A stretch of DNA of 64,000 nt. Origin: Cenococcum geophilum. Its lineage: Eukaryota. The translations under genes and the position numbers were made by a program. Below the pieces are notes generated by a model, which saw only the letters and a list, made by a program, of their open reading frames with translations, was not told where the DNA came from and did no database searches. The stretch's first letter is position 1. Each line of letters starts with the position of its first letter. This document shows positions 12,695-26,000 of this stretch, piece by piece. Location of the stretch: the NCBI GenBank assembly GCA_050273025.1, contig CP158635.1:22258001-22322000 (forward strand), given 5' to 3'.

Positions 12695-13127
12695 TGGCTC
12701 TGGCGACGGTTATATAGCAATAACGACGGTTTTCTGGCTCTGACGGTCGTCTAGCTCTGGCGACGGTCATCTGGCTCTAGCGACGGTCGTCTAGCTCTAA
12801 CGACGATCGTCTAGCTCTGACGGTCGTCTAGCTCTAGCGACGGTTATCTGGCTCCAACGACGGTCGTCCAGCTCTGACAACGGTCGTCTAGCTCTGACGA
12901 CGGTTGTCTGGCTCTGACGACGGTCGTCCAGCTCTGGCGACGGTCATCTGGCTCCGGCGATGGTTGTCTGGCTCCGGCGACGGTTGTCTAGCTCTGACGG
13001 TTGTCTAGCTCTAGCGACGGTCATCTAACTCTAGTAACGGTCGTCTAGCTCTAATGATGGTCGTCTAGCTCTGGCGACAGTTGTCTAGCTCCGGCGATGG
13101 TTGTCTAGCTCCAGTAACAGTTGTCTG
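12695..13127. repeat. 21-bp (some 18-bp) minisatellite GCTCTGGCGACGGTCGTCTA/G, ~20 units
   Basis: Seen directly; the same unit is inverted at 44700-44972 and 48443-48570. Confidence 0.95.
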
Positions 13128-13269
13128 CTAGCTGTTGTTCTGGTGTCTTCCTAGGTAGGAAGGATATAAGGAAGGGTAAAAAATGAGGTGGCTACCTAGG
13201 TATATATAGGGGGTATACTTAGCAGAGGCATGTATAGAGGCTATTAGAAATATAGCGGGGACCCGATGC

Positions 13270-13640
13270 GGAGCTTCGTATAGAGCCTCCGTACGCAGAG
13301 CTTTATATAGAACTTCGTGCAGAGCTTCGTATAGAACTTCGTGCAGAGCTTTATATAAAACTTCGTGTAGAGCTTTATATAGAACTTCGTGTAGAGCTTT
13401 ATATAAAACTTCGTGCAGAGCTTTATACAAAGCTTTGTATAAAACTTTATATAGAGCTTTATATAGAACTTTGTGTAGAGCTTTATACAGAGCTTTATAT
13501 AGAACTTTATACTAAGCTTCGTGTAGAACTTTGTATAAAGCTTTATGTAGAACTTTATATAGAGCTTTATATAGAGCTTTATACAGAGCTTTGTATAGAA
13601 CTTCGTATAGAACTTTATATAGAACTTTATACGGAGCCTT
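13270..13640. repeat. 12-bp minisatellite AGA(G/A)CTT(C/T)GTG(C/T), ~30 units
   Basis: Seen directly; it produces the spurious YKALHEVL ORF. Confidence 0.95.
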
Positions 13641-16600
13641 TATATTAAGAAAAAATTTACTAGCATCTAATTTTACTTTTCTACCATTTTAGCATTTTCT
13701 AGCATTTAGCAGCTAAATGCTAATACTTAATTATAAATGCGGCATTTAGCGGCTAAATGCTAGTACTTAGTAATAAATACTGCACTTAGCTGCTAAATAC
13801 AGCATTTAGCAGCTAAATGCTAATACTTAATTATAAATGCGGCATTTGGCGCTAAATGCTAGTACTTAGTAATAAATGCCGCATTTAGCTGCTAAATGCT
13901 AGAAAATGCTAGAAATGCTAGAAAATGCTAAAATGGCAGAAAAGTAAAATCAGATGCTGGTAAATTTTTTCCTGACGGAGCTCAACAGTAAAACGTCAAA
14001 GGAAGTCCTAAAAAAGCACTTAGAAGGAAGGCAGAAGCCAGTATTTAAAGCGAAGGCTAAATTCCTTATATATCGAATGTTAAAGATAATAGATCTATTT
14101 ATAATATAAATAGAAGGCTATAGAAGTAAGGCCCGATAGAACGCTATAAGTATAGTAACTGCGTATAAATAAAAAGCAGAGAAAGTCCGCCTAGTTAATT
14201 TATTAGCACTAGATAGAACGGTTATAGAAGGAATAATAGAGTGGCAAGAAGTGGTATTACGTCGGCAAAAGGCGTTTATTTAAGGGTTGCCCCTTAGTCT
14301 ATATAATTATTTCCTTAAGCCGTGGTATACTAAGCTGGCCTATAGTATATAGCTAAAGCTAGAATAATTAGAGTATATAATTATAGGGGACCTCTAGCCA
14401 AGAGAACGAAAAATCTTTAAGGCCATGTTATTTAATTAAAAAGAGGCTCTAGTATAGGAGTTCTCTAAAATAGGTTCTATTAGCAAGGACGTAACTCCAC
14501 TATTAAAGATTAAGACTATACTATATAAAGTATAGTAAGTGCTAAACTTCCCTATATCAAGGGCTCTATAAGGGGAAGTAATAAATATATTATAAGAACA
14601 ACTAGCTTAAGGGACTCTAGAATATTATAAAAGCCTATATAGGAATCTATAGTTTCTTATAAGCAAAAAGGAACATAAGAAATACTAGCTAATTAACGCG
14701 GCGATAAATATTAACCGAGTGACTATTAGGGACGCAAATTTACTATATACTAATAAGTTTTCTAAGGAGTTTACAGGGTGTAAGGTTATATCTTTAGTAG
14801 ACTTCTTCTCTAGGTATAACTAATTAGAGCTAAATATAGAAAGTAGAAACCTAACGGCCTTTATAATACCTCTGGGACTTTTATAATAAATAATAGTACC
14901 TATAAAAGGAACGAATTCGGTAGCCCAGTTTATAAGGATAATTACTAAAATTCTAGAGCAATATATCCTACACTATACCTTACCGTTTCTAGATAATATT
15001 ATAGTAAAAGGACTATAGATAATGTATAATAGAGAAGAGAGCCTTTTAGGCGTGCGTAGATATATTCTGGAACACATTATATAGCTAGATAGAGTACTTG
15101 CAGATTTAGAATAAGCTAGGTATATAATCTTAGGCGTAAAGTCTTATTTCTATAATAACAAAATTATAGTGGTTAGTTACCGCTATAATAGAAAGGGGCG
15201 ATATCTGAAAGAGTTAAAAGTCGCAAAGATTATTTACTAGAGAGACTGCGAAGACATTACGTCTGCCTAAGCATTCCTAGGAGTTGTCGTATATTACTAA
15301 ATATAGGTAAAAGACTTCGCAATAAAGGCAGAGCTAATCTTCTAACTACTGTAAGTAAACGTTCCGTTTATATAGGGTATAGAGTAGATAGCCGCTATAA
15401 AGACTCTAAAGCATATAATCACTACCGCACCCGCGTTAGTTTAACTGGATTATAATAAGGGGGCTAGGCTAATTATTCTCGCCGTTAACGGATGCAAGAA
15501 TAGGTAGGGATATAGTCTTATATAACTGGATATATAAGGTCGTCGCCACCTATATTAATATAAGAGTAGCATCTAGTCTTAAGCAAAGCAGAAGCATAAT
15601 TTAGGAAAGCTTAAATATCGGGCATTGCTATATATATTAAAGAAGTATTAAGTGTACCTATACGGCGTCCGCTTTACGGTTAAGATGGATATAAATACCT
15701 TAGTTATATAACTAAATTATACTGCTACCAATTTACTAGGAGCCTTAATAATATAATAGCTAGCATAGATTTAGTTATGGGACTTTAATATTAGGCATGT
15801 TCAAGGGAAGAAGAATAGCCTAGCTAATAGACTATTATAATAATTACTAGATGGCGAACGACCTAATAAGCCGACTAAGGATATTAAAGAGTTTATTAAC
15901 TATAAACTAAGTGCTTTAGAATATACGGCTAGCCCAGTTAAAATAGAGGTAGATTTACTACTAAAAGACTCATATTTAGGGGAGTCTTAAAAGATTATAA
16001 AATAGCTAGTGACCTTATAACGTCCAGAAGAAATAAATACTAAAGAATTTAAAAAGTTTAAATAATATACGCTAAAATTCCTAGTGCGCAATTAACAGCT
16101 CTTCTACTAACAGTTAAAAAATATACTAATGTAAAGGGTAGTTAATAATAAGGACGCTTAGTAGGAGATTATTAAAAGCCTTTATAATTAAAGCGGATAT
16201 TATAGATAAGAGGGAACATATTAGAGGATCTTAAATTAATCTTAGTGGCCAGGGCTATAGGATTAGATATTATAGTATATTAAGTTATATCCATAATGCT
16301 AGAAGCAACAGCTAGAATAGGAAAAAGAAGTAATATACCCTATATAGGAGTCCACCTTATAGTAACGAGTAGTAGTAGATATTACGTTTATACCTCTAAG
16401 CTGTCTTAGATTCTGGTACCTAGCTATTACTTAAGAATATATATTTAGATAGGTGGAAGCTTAGGCCCTTTAAAATAAGAATATAAAAAGCATAGTAAAG
16501 TTCCTCTATAAAGGTGTTATCTGCTAATAGGGAGCATTTAGACAACTCTCTATAGATAGTAGAGGAGAGAATACTAACGTTACCGCTGCGCTTACAGAGC

Positions 16601-18689
16601 TCTATAATATTAAGAGGGTTATAGCTTCTACTTACCACGCTTAGGCGTAAGGCTTTATAGAGTAAGGCCACAAACCTATAATAGACGCTTTAGTGAAGAT
16701 AAATGGCTTATAGCTAAATAATCTTTATACCGTTTTATAGGTAGATAGGATAACTATTAAGCGGCCTACGGGAATAACACTAGTAAGAGTTATATGCGGA
16801 TATAAGCATATCCTTCCTATTAAACTCTATATACCTACTTAGTAAACGCTGCCTTAGTAAATAGTCCGGACTACTGTAAAGCTACTAGCACTTTATATAA
16901 CGCAGTTTAACTAAAGAGACGTAGATATAAAAGAGGCTATTGCGCATATAAGACAACTAAGGGTAGTAAATAAAGAGTACTTTAATAATACCTACTATAT
17001 TCGCCAGGACGGATTTAAAGTTAGAGATATAGTTATACTTTATAACACGTAGCTTAAGTAAGACTATTCTAGCAGTTATAAGTTAGATCTAAAATAGCTA
17101 GGCCCGTTCCGCGTATATAAGAGTTACCCTTATAAAGAATGGTACTTAATTAAGGATCTTAACAGTATACTATTCCGTAATTAAACTCTAGGGAATAGAT
17201 TAAAGAAGTTCTATTAATAATAGATGTCTAAGGTCCGCTAAGAAGACTAGCTTAACCAATTAGGCGGAACTATACTATAAGAAATAACAGCAGAGCTAAA
17301 ACCTAAGGAAGATACTATATAAAATCCATTAGTATTGTAACGCCGTATAGTTTAAGAAGTACGTATTCTAGAAAGATTGTTTAATAGAATTAAGTACAAA
17401 ACATTTAATTAGGGGATAGTTAAGTTCTAAGGTAGAGGAGGAGGATATAGATAATAGCCGTATAATCCGTCTGTTTATTTACCATATTTCCTAAAGCTCT
17501 TTCTATTCCGCTTTTTTATTTACTTTTTAGTTATAGGAATCTAATACGTGTTAACAGTAAGGTAAGGACAGAAGAATGTTTATGTATAACTATCTAGTAT
17601 TATTTACTACAAAGATATTAGTTCCGCTTACCGCCTTTACTAAACTAATAGCAATTTTCTATCCTAGAGATGGAAAATTATAATTAGTTTATTTAATAAT
17701 TAGAGCCAGCAGAACTTTATACTACTACCTAAATTTAGTAAACCATTTAGATTAAAAAACCCTATTTAAAACTTTACCTTTTTACCCTTAATAAACCTTA
17801 AACACAGCTATAATTAGTTAAAGTTATAAATTAAACAGAATTAATAATAGTATATTTATTATATTTTTATCTAGTAGACCTCTAGTACTGTATAAAGGAG
17901 CTAAGTAATAGATTAATAACGTCCTTATAGAAGTTAAAGGCTTCGCAGTTAATTAGTGTTGGGTAGTACTCTTCCAAATCTATAACGAGATTCTACTCTC
18001 TTAAGAAAACTACGTAGATGCTACTAGTGTAGTAGTTAATTTTGTTAACTAGGATAATAGGCTATAAGAATCTCTAGAAAGGGACGCGTTCTTATTAATC
18101 TTTAAAGATATCTTTAACGTTAGTAAGATAGTAAAAGATTAAAAAAAATTAGTGTAATAAAGCTAGAGAAACCATCTGAAAGTCCTAGGGATAAGGTATT
18201 CTTAACAGTCCACTTAAATACGCGGTCTCTTACTACTTCCTTTTTACCGCCCGAAAGCTTACCGTCTACCTACTTTATAAAGTAACGGCACGAGTTAATA
18301 AGGCCCTAATTAATAGGCTCGAACATCTAGGACACGGCATTAAGAATACTACTTAACTATAGCTAACCGATTTCGCGCTCGCGCTAAAGATGCTAGGAAG
18401 GGCAGTATTAGACTAGGTAGTAAATAAGTATAGCTTAGGAAGACACTTAACTGGCTTCCTTATTCTAAATAAGGACTTACCGTTAAGAAGTAGAAGACTA
18501 ATTATTATAGGACTAGAGGTCACCAATATCGGAACCAGACAAATAAGAGAGAGCTTAGCTCTTATACTGTAAATATATTTATAATATACTTCTAATATAA
18601 TAAATCCCTTAGCCTTTTAGCCAATAACACCTGTTTAAGGAGGAGGCGTTAGTATTATACTAAGTCTATCCTAATAAAGATTACCTATA

Positions 18690-20670
18690 TTAGTTAACTT
18701 ACCTTTATTATCTATAAACGAGAGTATTCTTACAACTAGAACGCCTGTTAGCTCGCCCCTACGGCTACTAGTATCTTTATTAAGAAGAAATCCAAGAAGA
18801 AGGCTAATAATTACTTACCTAAAAGTAGGAGGGCTAGGAGTAGAATTAATATTTAATAAAAACATTATTAAGCCGGGAGATGATAAGGAGTATATTAAGA
18901 AGGCCGTAAATACTATAGCGATACTCCGCGTAAAATAAGGGTGTAACTATAAGAATAACATGCTCGCTTATTTTAAGGCATCCCTAAACTAAACTACTAA
19001 AATTAAACTAACTAAGGTTATAAAGCTCTTGCGTAGTTAGTATAGGGCAGCTAGTTCTAATCTAGAGATATATAAGGTTTACTAGATATATACGTAAGCT
19101 ATAAAAGGATATATAGGTTTAGTAATAAAGGGTTTAAACTATACCGCACTATATTACAGACTCTATTTAATATATTATGCTTATAACCACCTTAGCACTA
19201 TAAAGACTAATCCTACTACGTACTCTTAGTTTAGAAAGGCTTATAGACCTTTAGTTCTATCTAATTCCTTAGAACCGTATAAGTTTATTTATAACTTAGT
19301 GCTAAGGTTTTTAAATAATAAAGAGGCTTTACTCAATTAGATAATATTACTAAAAGACTAAGAAGTATGGCAGCAAGAAGGATCTATAATTTTAAACATA
19401 TTTAGATAGTAGTGGGATTCTAATATCTTAGCAATAATTAATAAGAAAATATATATATACCGCCACCATTAGCGTCTAATTAATAGGCAGCTAAATTATA
19501 ACTAGTTAAGAATAATAGTCTATAGTCTCTACTAACAGCTAATAAGATAAGACCCTTAGTATTATTATCTTTATTACGCTCTTAGACCTAATAGCTAGTA
19601 ACGACTTATTTCCTACCCTTATTATATAAAATTCGTTATTAAAGGAGACTCTATAGCTTTCCGCTATATTAATATTAATATTCCCTTACTCCTTAAAAGT
19701 AAACGTAATACTAATATAATCTAAGGGAGCGTTTCTCTGGATAAGAAGACTAAGGATAACTATATAATTATCCTACCTGGTATATATTACTACCTAGGAT
19801 TATAGTAGAAGGATCTTAAGGCGTAAGGATTAACGAAGGGCAACGGATTTATTTATAAGATCTCTAACTAAGACTAGACTATTAAAGACGTAGAAAAGTA
19901 TGTAACTAACTAGGTAGCTTAGCTATATAAGAAAGGAGATATACGCATAACTATACCTTACCTTCCTTATAAAGCGAAAGGACCTTTAACTAGAACCTAG
20001 CAAACAATACTACTATAATTTATTGGTATTTAGAACGATTATAATAACCTTAAGGTTACTAAAGGAGGTACTTAGGTAGAGTTAGTAGATGCGCACTAAG
20101 ACTTAAGAGCGTCGCCCTATACGCCGTCTAGACATACCAATCTCTACAACGCAATTCTATATCGCTTCCCTGCAGCAGTTAAGCTTATAGCTGCCAGCGC
20201 TCTATCTAACGCCCTTCTTAGTAAACGACAATAGGATTCTCTAGTAGTAATTTAAGATTATAACCTTCTTCTTAGTAGCAATAGGAACGAAGTTAGGAAA
20301 TAGATACATTCCTACTGTTTTAGGGCCGTTAAGAATTATAAAGATACGTTTAAGCTAATACGTGCGACTAAAATAGAACGCTTTAATAGCCGCTCTTACT
20401 TCTACTATATTAATAATAGAATCAATCCTTTAGCTATTACGGTAGATCTAAGTAGAGTACCCCTAGTTATTATAGAAGGATAGAGTTATATAAAGTTACC
20501 TAAAAAATTGTAGGATAGAACTAAGCAAATGGAAGGGCGTAAAAGAGCTATATTATCTAAGAGCCGCTAGTCTAAAGTCTCTTGTGCTACTTAGCTAAGT
20601 AGATAAGAACGGTCTTATTTAACCAGAACGGAGTCTTCTTATTTACTATCTCGGGTTTATAGTAAGGGTA
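18690..20670 (+). pseudogene. Extra ORF inside gypsy A: putative 2OG-Fe(II) dioxygenase (PhyH-like), RIP-inactivated
   Basis: One frame from at least 18843 to ~20670 has only RIP-type stops. As read: ALRPNS**RLISYPYY..GDSIAFRYININIP..I*GSVSLD..ILPGIY..GDIRITIPYLPYKAKGP..T*QTILL*FIG. De-RIPed: FRHIDIN...IQGSVSLD...LPGMH...GDVRITMPHLPHG...RRTMLPWFVG. Confidence 0.7.
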
Positions 20671-21035
20671 AGGAACGTATACAATCACCTACCACGCCTT
20701 TATTTTAAAGATAAGGAGTTTTAAAGTTTTAGAAGTTATTAGGGGACAACAACTTAGGTAGGGGAGGTATATAGTGGTATAATTTGGCCCCTGGATTTAA
20801 CATCTAGATTAAGCATAGCTTTGGGAGAGCCTAGGCCTTCTATAAGTTATATAGATTAGTCTGGAGCCTTTAGAGTCTTTAATAACTTAAATAGGCTTAA
20901 CAGACAAACAGAATATACTCTTTTCTTCTCTTCTTACGGACTGCTTTCCTACCAATTTCTACTAACTAACTACAACCGACTAACAGACTAACAGCACCGT
21001 AACTTCTTATCTAGAGAGAGACCTTCCCTCCTATA

Positions 21036-23006
21036 ATATTTTCTAGAGGCCCTATTTATATAAAGACTCTAAATAAGAGTTCTGCGAGTTATATAGCATT
21101 AATTATCTTATATACTAAATAGTATCGCACTAGCTTTATAAAACGGTCTATAAGGATAAGGATAGAGTTATACTCTACGCTATTAGAAGTCTTAAACTCT
21201 AAAAAATCTATAATAAAGTTAAGTAAATAATACCGCTAGGCTCGGGTGGGGATCTAAAGAGGCTGCAGCCTACTATAGGGTTTATAGCGGCGCGATTTAA
21301 AGCGTTAGTAAGTATTATAATTATCTAAGTATTTATAGAGGTCCTAGGTAAGGCCGTTCTAAGTATACTTCTATATAATTACCTTAAAAGTACGGTTAAA
21401 ACTATAGTGGCCGCCTATAGGATTATTATAATTCCGCTTAAGGATCTCCTATTATAATAGTATATAATTTAGTACCTAGACCTTATTATTTTACCTTAAA
21501 AGTCCTTAATACTAGTAAGAACTCATTTCTAAGTTAACTAATTATATATAGAGCGTATAAAGGCGTTCCTTTTTTATACTCTATAAATAAAATTAACTAG
21601 TGACTTAGGGGGGTATTCCGTAAACGCTGTTTTGGCTAAAGTAGCTACTACTACCTCTTACTATAGTACGAGACTCTACGTAAAGTTAGTACTAGCGAAG
21701 TAACGTATAATACGTAGGTAACTCGCCAAGTTATCGCGGGGGACCGTAGCCTAGGCTAAGGGGTTTTCCCTAGGGTTAAGCGCTATTAGGCTAGTTAAAG
21801 TAGTCTTAGAGAGAATAATAAGATACGCTAATCCGCCGGCGCTAAGTTTATAAGGTTTACTTATATATTATATACATACTACTCGCTAATATAGTATAGT
21901 AGCACTAGGGCCGCCTATAAGGCCTATAACCTGTAACTTTTACTATAATATAGGCAGTATAGCATTAAGGACTATCCTTTTACTGCTGTCTTTAAAGCCT
22001 TTAGTATAATCCGGGCGCTAAAATAGTATATTAGCGGGATTTACTTTACCTAGTTTATATTTAATCTTAAAATTAAACTTAGCCAGTTCCTTAGTATATT
22101 AGGCCTAGTAAATAAATAAGCTCTTAATGGTTATAAAATACTTAAGATTATTATAATTATAGAGCACGCGCGTTATATACGCGGCATATTTAAGGTAGTA
22201 GCGCTACGTTTTAAAGCATTGCACTATAGCAAGTAGTTCTATATTATACGTATTATACTATACTTCTAGGCTAGTAAGCTTCTAACTATAAATAGGCGAT
22301 TAGGTACTAGTAGAGTTAATCTCCCTATTCTAAGGGCTGTAGAAGTATACCACTATAGGTATAATTAGAAGCATTAGTAATCACTATTAAGGGTAAATTA
22401 AAGTTAAAGTGGCGAAGTAGTAGAGCCTATATAAACGCAGCGCGTAGCTTACAAAACGCCTCTTAAGCGTTATTAGGCCAGAACCAAGGTTAATACTATT
22501 TAGTAGGCCCTTTTAACTTATACTTTTGCTTCTTCTCCCTATCTAATATTTGGTTATAATATGCCTATATAAGATATACGTATAGGGGGTATACGGTATC
22601 CAAATAGTTCTAGATAAATCGCCTATAAAAGTTAGCGAAGCTAAGGAAGACCTAGATATCCCTATAGGACTTAGGCTTAGGCTATTCCTTAATAGCTTTT
22701 ACGCGGTTAAGGTTTATTATAATACCCCTAGGGGTAATAATAAAGCCTAGGAACTTAACGTTCTTAGTATAAAAGATTTATTTTAATAGTTTAGTATATA
22801 GGCCCTAAGCATGGAGCTATCGTAGTACCTACTTAACGTGCTTAACGTACTTATCCTTATTATTTAAGTAAATAAGAATATTATCTAGGTAAACTACGCA
22901 AATAGTATCTACTAGGGTTCCTAGAGCTTTATAAATATAGCTCTAGAACATTATAGGGGCGTTAGTAAGACTAAAGGGCATTACTAGGTACTTAAAGTAA
23001 CTATAA
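21036..23006 (-). mobile_element. Ty3/gypsy element C pol fragment (RT, RNase H, integrase N-terminus)
   Basis: De-RIPed GHFEYLVMPFGLTNAP (~22960-23000), VYLDDIL (~22880), FLGFANFYRRFI (~22620) and the integrase HHCC region (~21300-21450). Cut by A on the left and D on the right. Confidence 0.9.
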
Positions 23007-26000
23007 TATAACAAAGCCTTATAATACGTACTATGGTAGACTTGTTAATAGGCTAGGTATATAGGTAAGCAAGAAGTCAATAATAAATAATAACTAGTGG
23101 AGTAGTTGCCTAATAAATTAACTTTAATTATATTCTAAGATTTACTATAAAGAAGGGAACTATCTAGGTAGGGAATATAGTTCTTTAAATACGCAATACT
23201 GCGCCTAAGAAATGTTCTCAGTACGTTAGTACGTTGGTACGTTAGTATATTACATTCTTATATTTCTACGTTTTTGCGGTTCGAACTTATAATATAACTA
23301 GCTATATAACTTAGCTACCCCTTATTTTATAGCTTAATCGGTTTTAGCGCCTTCTATACTATCTTAACTAACCTATTTATATCTCTTTTTAGTAATTGTA
23401 CTACTGCTAATATAAGGTCCGTAACACTACCCCCCTCCTCTTTATCTTTATCCTTAAAGATATCTCTTATCTCTAAGTTATCTATTAGAGGTATAGTATT
23501 CCCATTTTTAATTTAATAATCTTTATTATTCCTAATGCCTTTTATTAGATCCTCTGCGCCTAATCATTATAATTAGCTAGTAACGTTTATCCTATTACTT
23601 AGTAAAGTTATACTATCTTATTCTTATTATATAGAGAAAAAGCTAGTATATATTATAATTGCGGCTCCGTCTAATTACTAACCTTTCTTTTATACTAAGT
23701 GTACGCGGGCGAACATACGGTTGTTTTATAATGTTTAGTCCATCTCTAACACTAAGTATATATATTTTATTAATCTTTATAACCGTTTAGTTCCTTATCT
23801 AATCTACTATAGGGTCTTATATATTAGTAGCGGCTAAAAAACTAAAGGGTAAGCTGGCCGAGGCTTTTGCTAAGGTTTAACGTCATTTTAACAAAGCGTC
23901 TTAGGCCCTAAAGGCTTAACTTAATACTTATGCTCGACTAAGCCGTTTCGCAAAGGTTTATAAAAAGGTTTATTTAAAAGAGCTATATCTTATAGAGTAA
24001 GGTCTCTCTAAGCTTAAGGCTAGGGGGGCTAAAAAGGATTCTAATTAAGAAGAGGCGGAAACAGTTTATACGCTAGTAGTAGATCTCTTAGGTAATCCGG
24101 CTCGTCTATTACCTTTAACTAATCCCTTTATCTTTAGCTCTTTTTTAATATTATATAACCCATTCTCCTCTAATACTCCTATACCTTTTCTATAGCGTTC
24201 TTTAGAGTTTTTAGTAATTTCTAGGTAGTCTTATTATAGCCTATCCACTTTACTTTATATTATATTTTATTATTAATGTCCTTATAACCTATAATTTTTA
24301 AAACTTATTATTTATCTTCTTCTTACCCTTTATATATATTTACCTTATAGCCTAGTAGTTCTATATCTCTATACACTAGCTCTAGTATTGCGATATACTA
24401 TATAGGGTAGATCTTTATTTTTGCTAGTAAGTTAAGTCTATACATAACTTCTAAAATCTTAGCTATAATTTTAAGTAGTCCAAGTCTAATGTAGTCTAAT
24501 TTCTTACTTAGTTGTTAGCTCGTTAAATTTTTATATAATAGCCACACTTTATCCCCCTCTTTTAAATCTAGTCCCTTAGATCTCTTAGCATTATAATACT
24601 TTTTTTATATTATCTTTACTATAAAATAGAGGTCCTTATAAAGATTTATTAGAGTTTCCATTCTTTCTTTTACTATACTACTAGTCTTCTTCGCTTATTA
24701 TAGTAATAACAATATTTTAGGCTTATACCCGTAATTCGCCTAAAATAGTAATATCTCTATACCTTCCTATAGTGTTGCATTATATATAAACTATATAACT
24801 AGTAATAATAGTACCTAATTATTTTATACGTAATTAATATAATGCCTTAAATACTGCTCTAATGTCTAATTTAATCTTTCCGTTTAATTGTCTATCTGCG
24901 GATAATATACAGTAGAAGTTACTGCTTTTACTTCTTAGTCCACTAAAAATACCTTCTAAAATACTATAATAAATCTTAAATCTCTATCTAATATAATCTT
25001 GCTTAATGCTCTATATCTTATAAATACTTCTTTAATATAGATTCTAGTAATATCCTCTACAAAGATTTCTTCCGTGTATACTATAAAGTAGCCCTATTTA
25101 GTTAACTTATCTACTATTATAAGGATTATATTATATTCCTATCCAGTAATAGGGTCCTTTAATTTTAGCAACTTTATAATAAAGTCCTATAATATTATTT
25201 CCTATAGACGTTCTAGTACTTTAATATGCTGTAGCTTTCCATACAGCTTATACCTTATTAGCTTATTTCTTTAGCAATTTAGATACTTCTTTATAACTTT
25301 TCTTGCTAAGCCCTAGATTCTATAAATAATATACTCCTTTTAAAGTTTTAACACTAAGCCTATAGCTCCGTTATATCCTTATATTATTCCCCTATAGAAA
25401 TCTTTGATAAATTCCTTTACTATTTCCCTTAGGATATACGTGTTTGCTCTCTACTTATACTAGTCTGCTTCTAGGTCCTTAAATTATACCTCTTAAATCC
25501 TTCTCGTCTAATCGCTTTCTATTAGCTCATGCTTTTAAGTTACTATAATCTTAGAATAGTTATACCTAATTAATCTATTACTATCTCTGCGTAGTATTAC
25601 TCCTAATAGTTTTTCCTTATTTTATAGTTTAGCTTTTTTACTTAATATATCTGCCCTTATATTTTTAGTGCCCTTAATATACTAAATTTTAAAATAATAT
25701 TCTATAAGTATCTCTGCCCATCTAACCTATCTCTAATTAAGTTCTTTTATTATTAAGAACCCTATTAGGTTTATATAATCCATCTTAACTATAAATAGTT
25801 TTTCTACGCCTTATAAAAATAATCTCCATTCCTTAAGTGCTATAATTATACCTAGTAACTCCTTATTATAGATATTATAGTTTAACTCTAGTAGTGTTAT
25901 CTTCCGACTATAGTATACCACTAGATGCTATACGTTCCTATACTTTTATAGCAAATATACTTCTAATATAAAGTCTAATACGTTTATTTCTATAACCGTT

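Larger units (their letters stand above)
11793..13975. mobile_element. Non-coding array-rich DNA element with TIR TCAGGAAAAAATTTACCAGCAT and probable 2-bp (CG) TSD
   Basis: TCAAGAAAAAATTTACCAGCAT at 11793 and ATGCTGGTAAATTTTTTCCTGA at 13954-13975, with flanks TG and CG. Excision restores the host frame NRE-T-ELNSKTSKEVL. 13645-13975 is itself a ~330-bp foldback. Confidence 0.8.
6604..21035 (+). mobile_element. Ty3/gypsy element A (non-chromoviral, Ylt1-like) with a truncated 5' LTR (6604-6731), full 3' LTR (20770-21035), two nested insertions and a ~3.3-kb extra 3' region
   Basis: 6604-6731 matches ~20908-21035. PPT GGGGAGG at 20761. De-RIPed motifs: gag F.G.N.T.F...YERLC (~7490), protease LIDSGAELNL (~9450), YKRKAEKVRPV (~14165), RT PFLDDI (~14983), RNase H AVDG (~15481), integrase to ~17220. 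Confidence 0.93.

Noticed and set aside
12695..13127. CRISPR-like regular repeats (also 44700-44972)
   Set aside because: Head-to-tail minisatellite with no unique spacers, no cas genes, and a eukaryotic context.
13128..13430. ORF with YKALHEVL repeats
   Set aside because: Translation of the 12-bp minisatellite.
16420..16671. 83-aa minus ORF (similarly 35140-35349 and 2599-2802)
   Set aside because: Chance antisense or off-frame ORFs over RIPed TE sequence.
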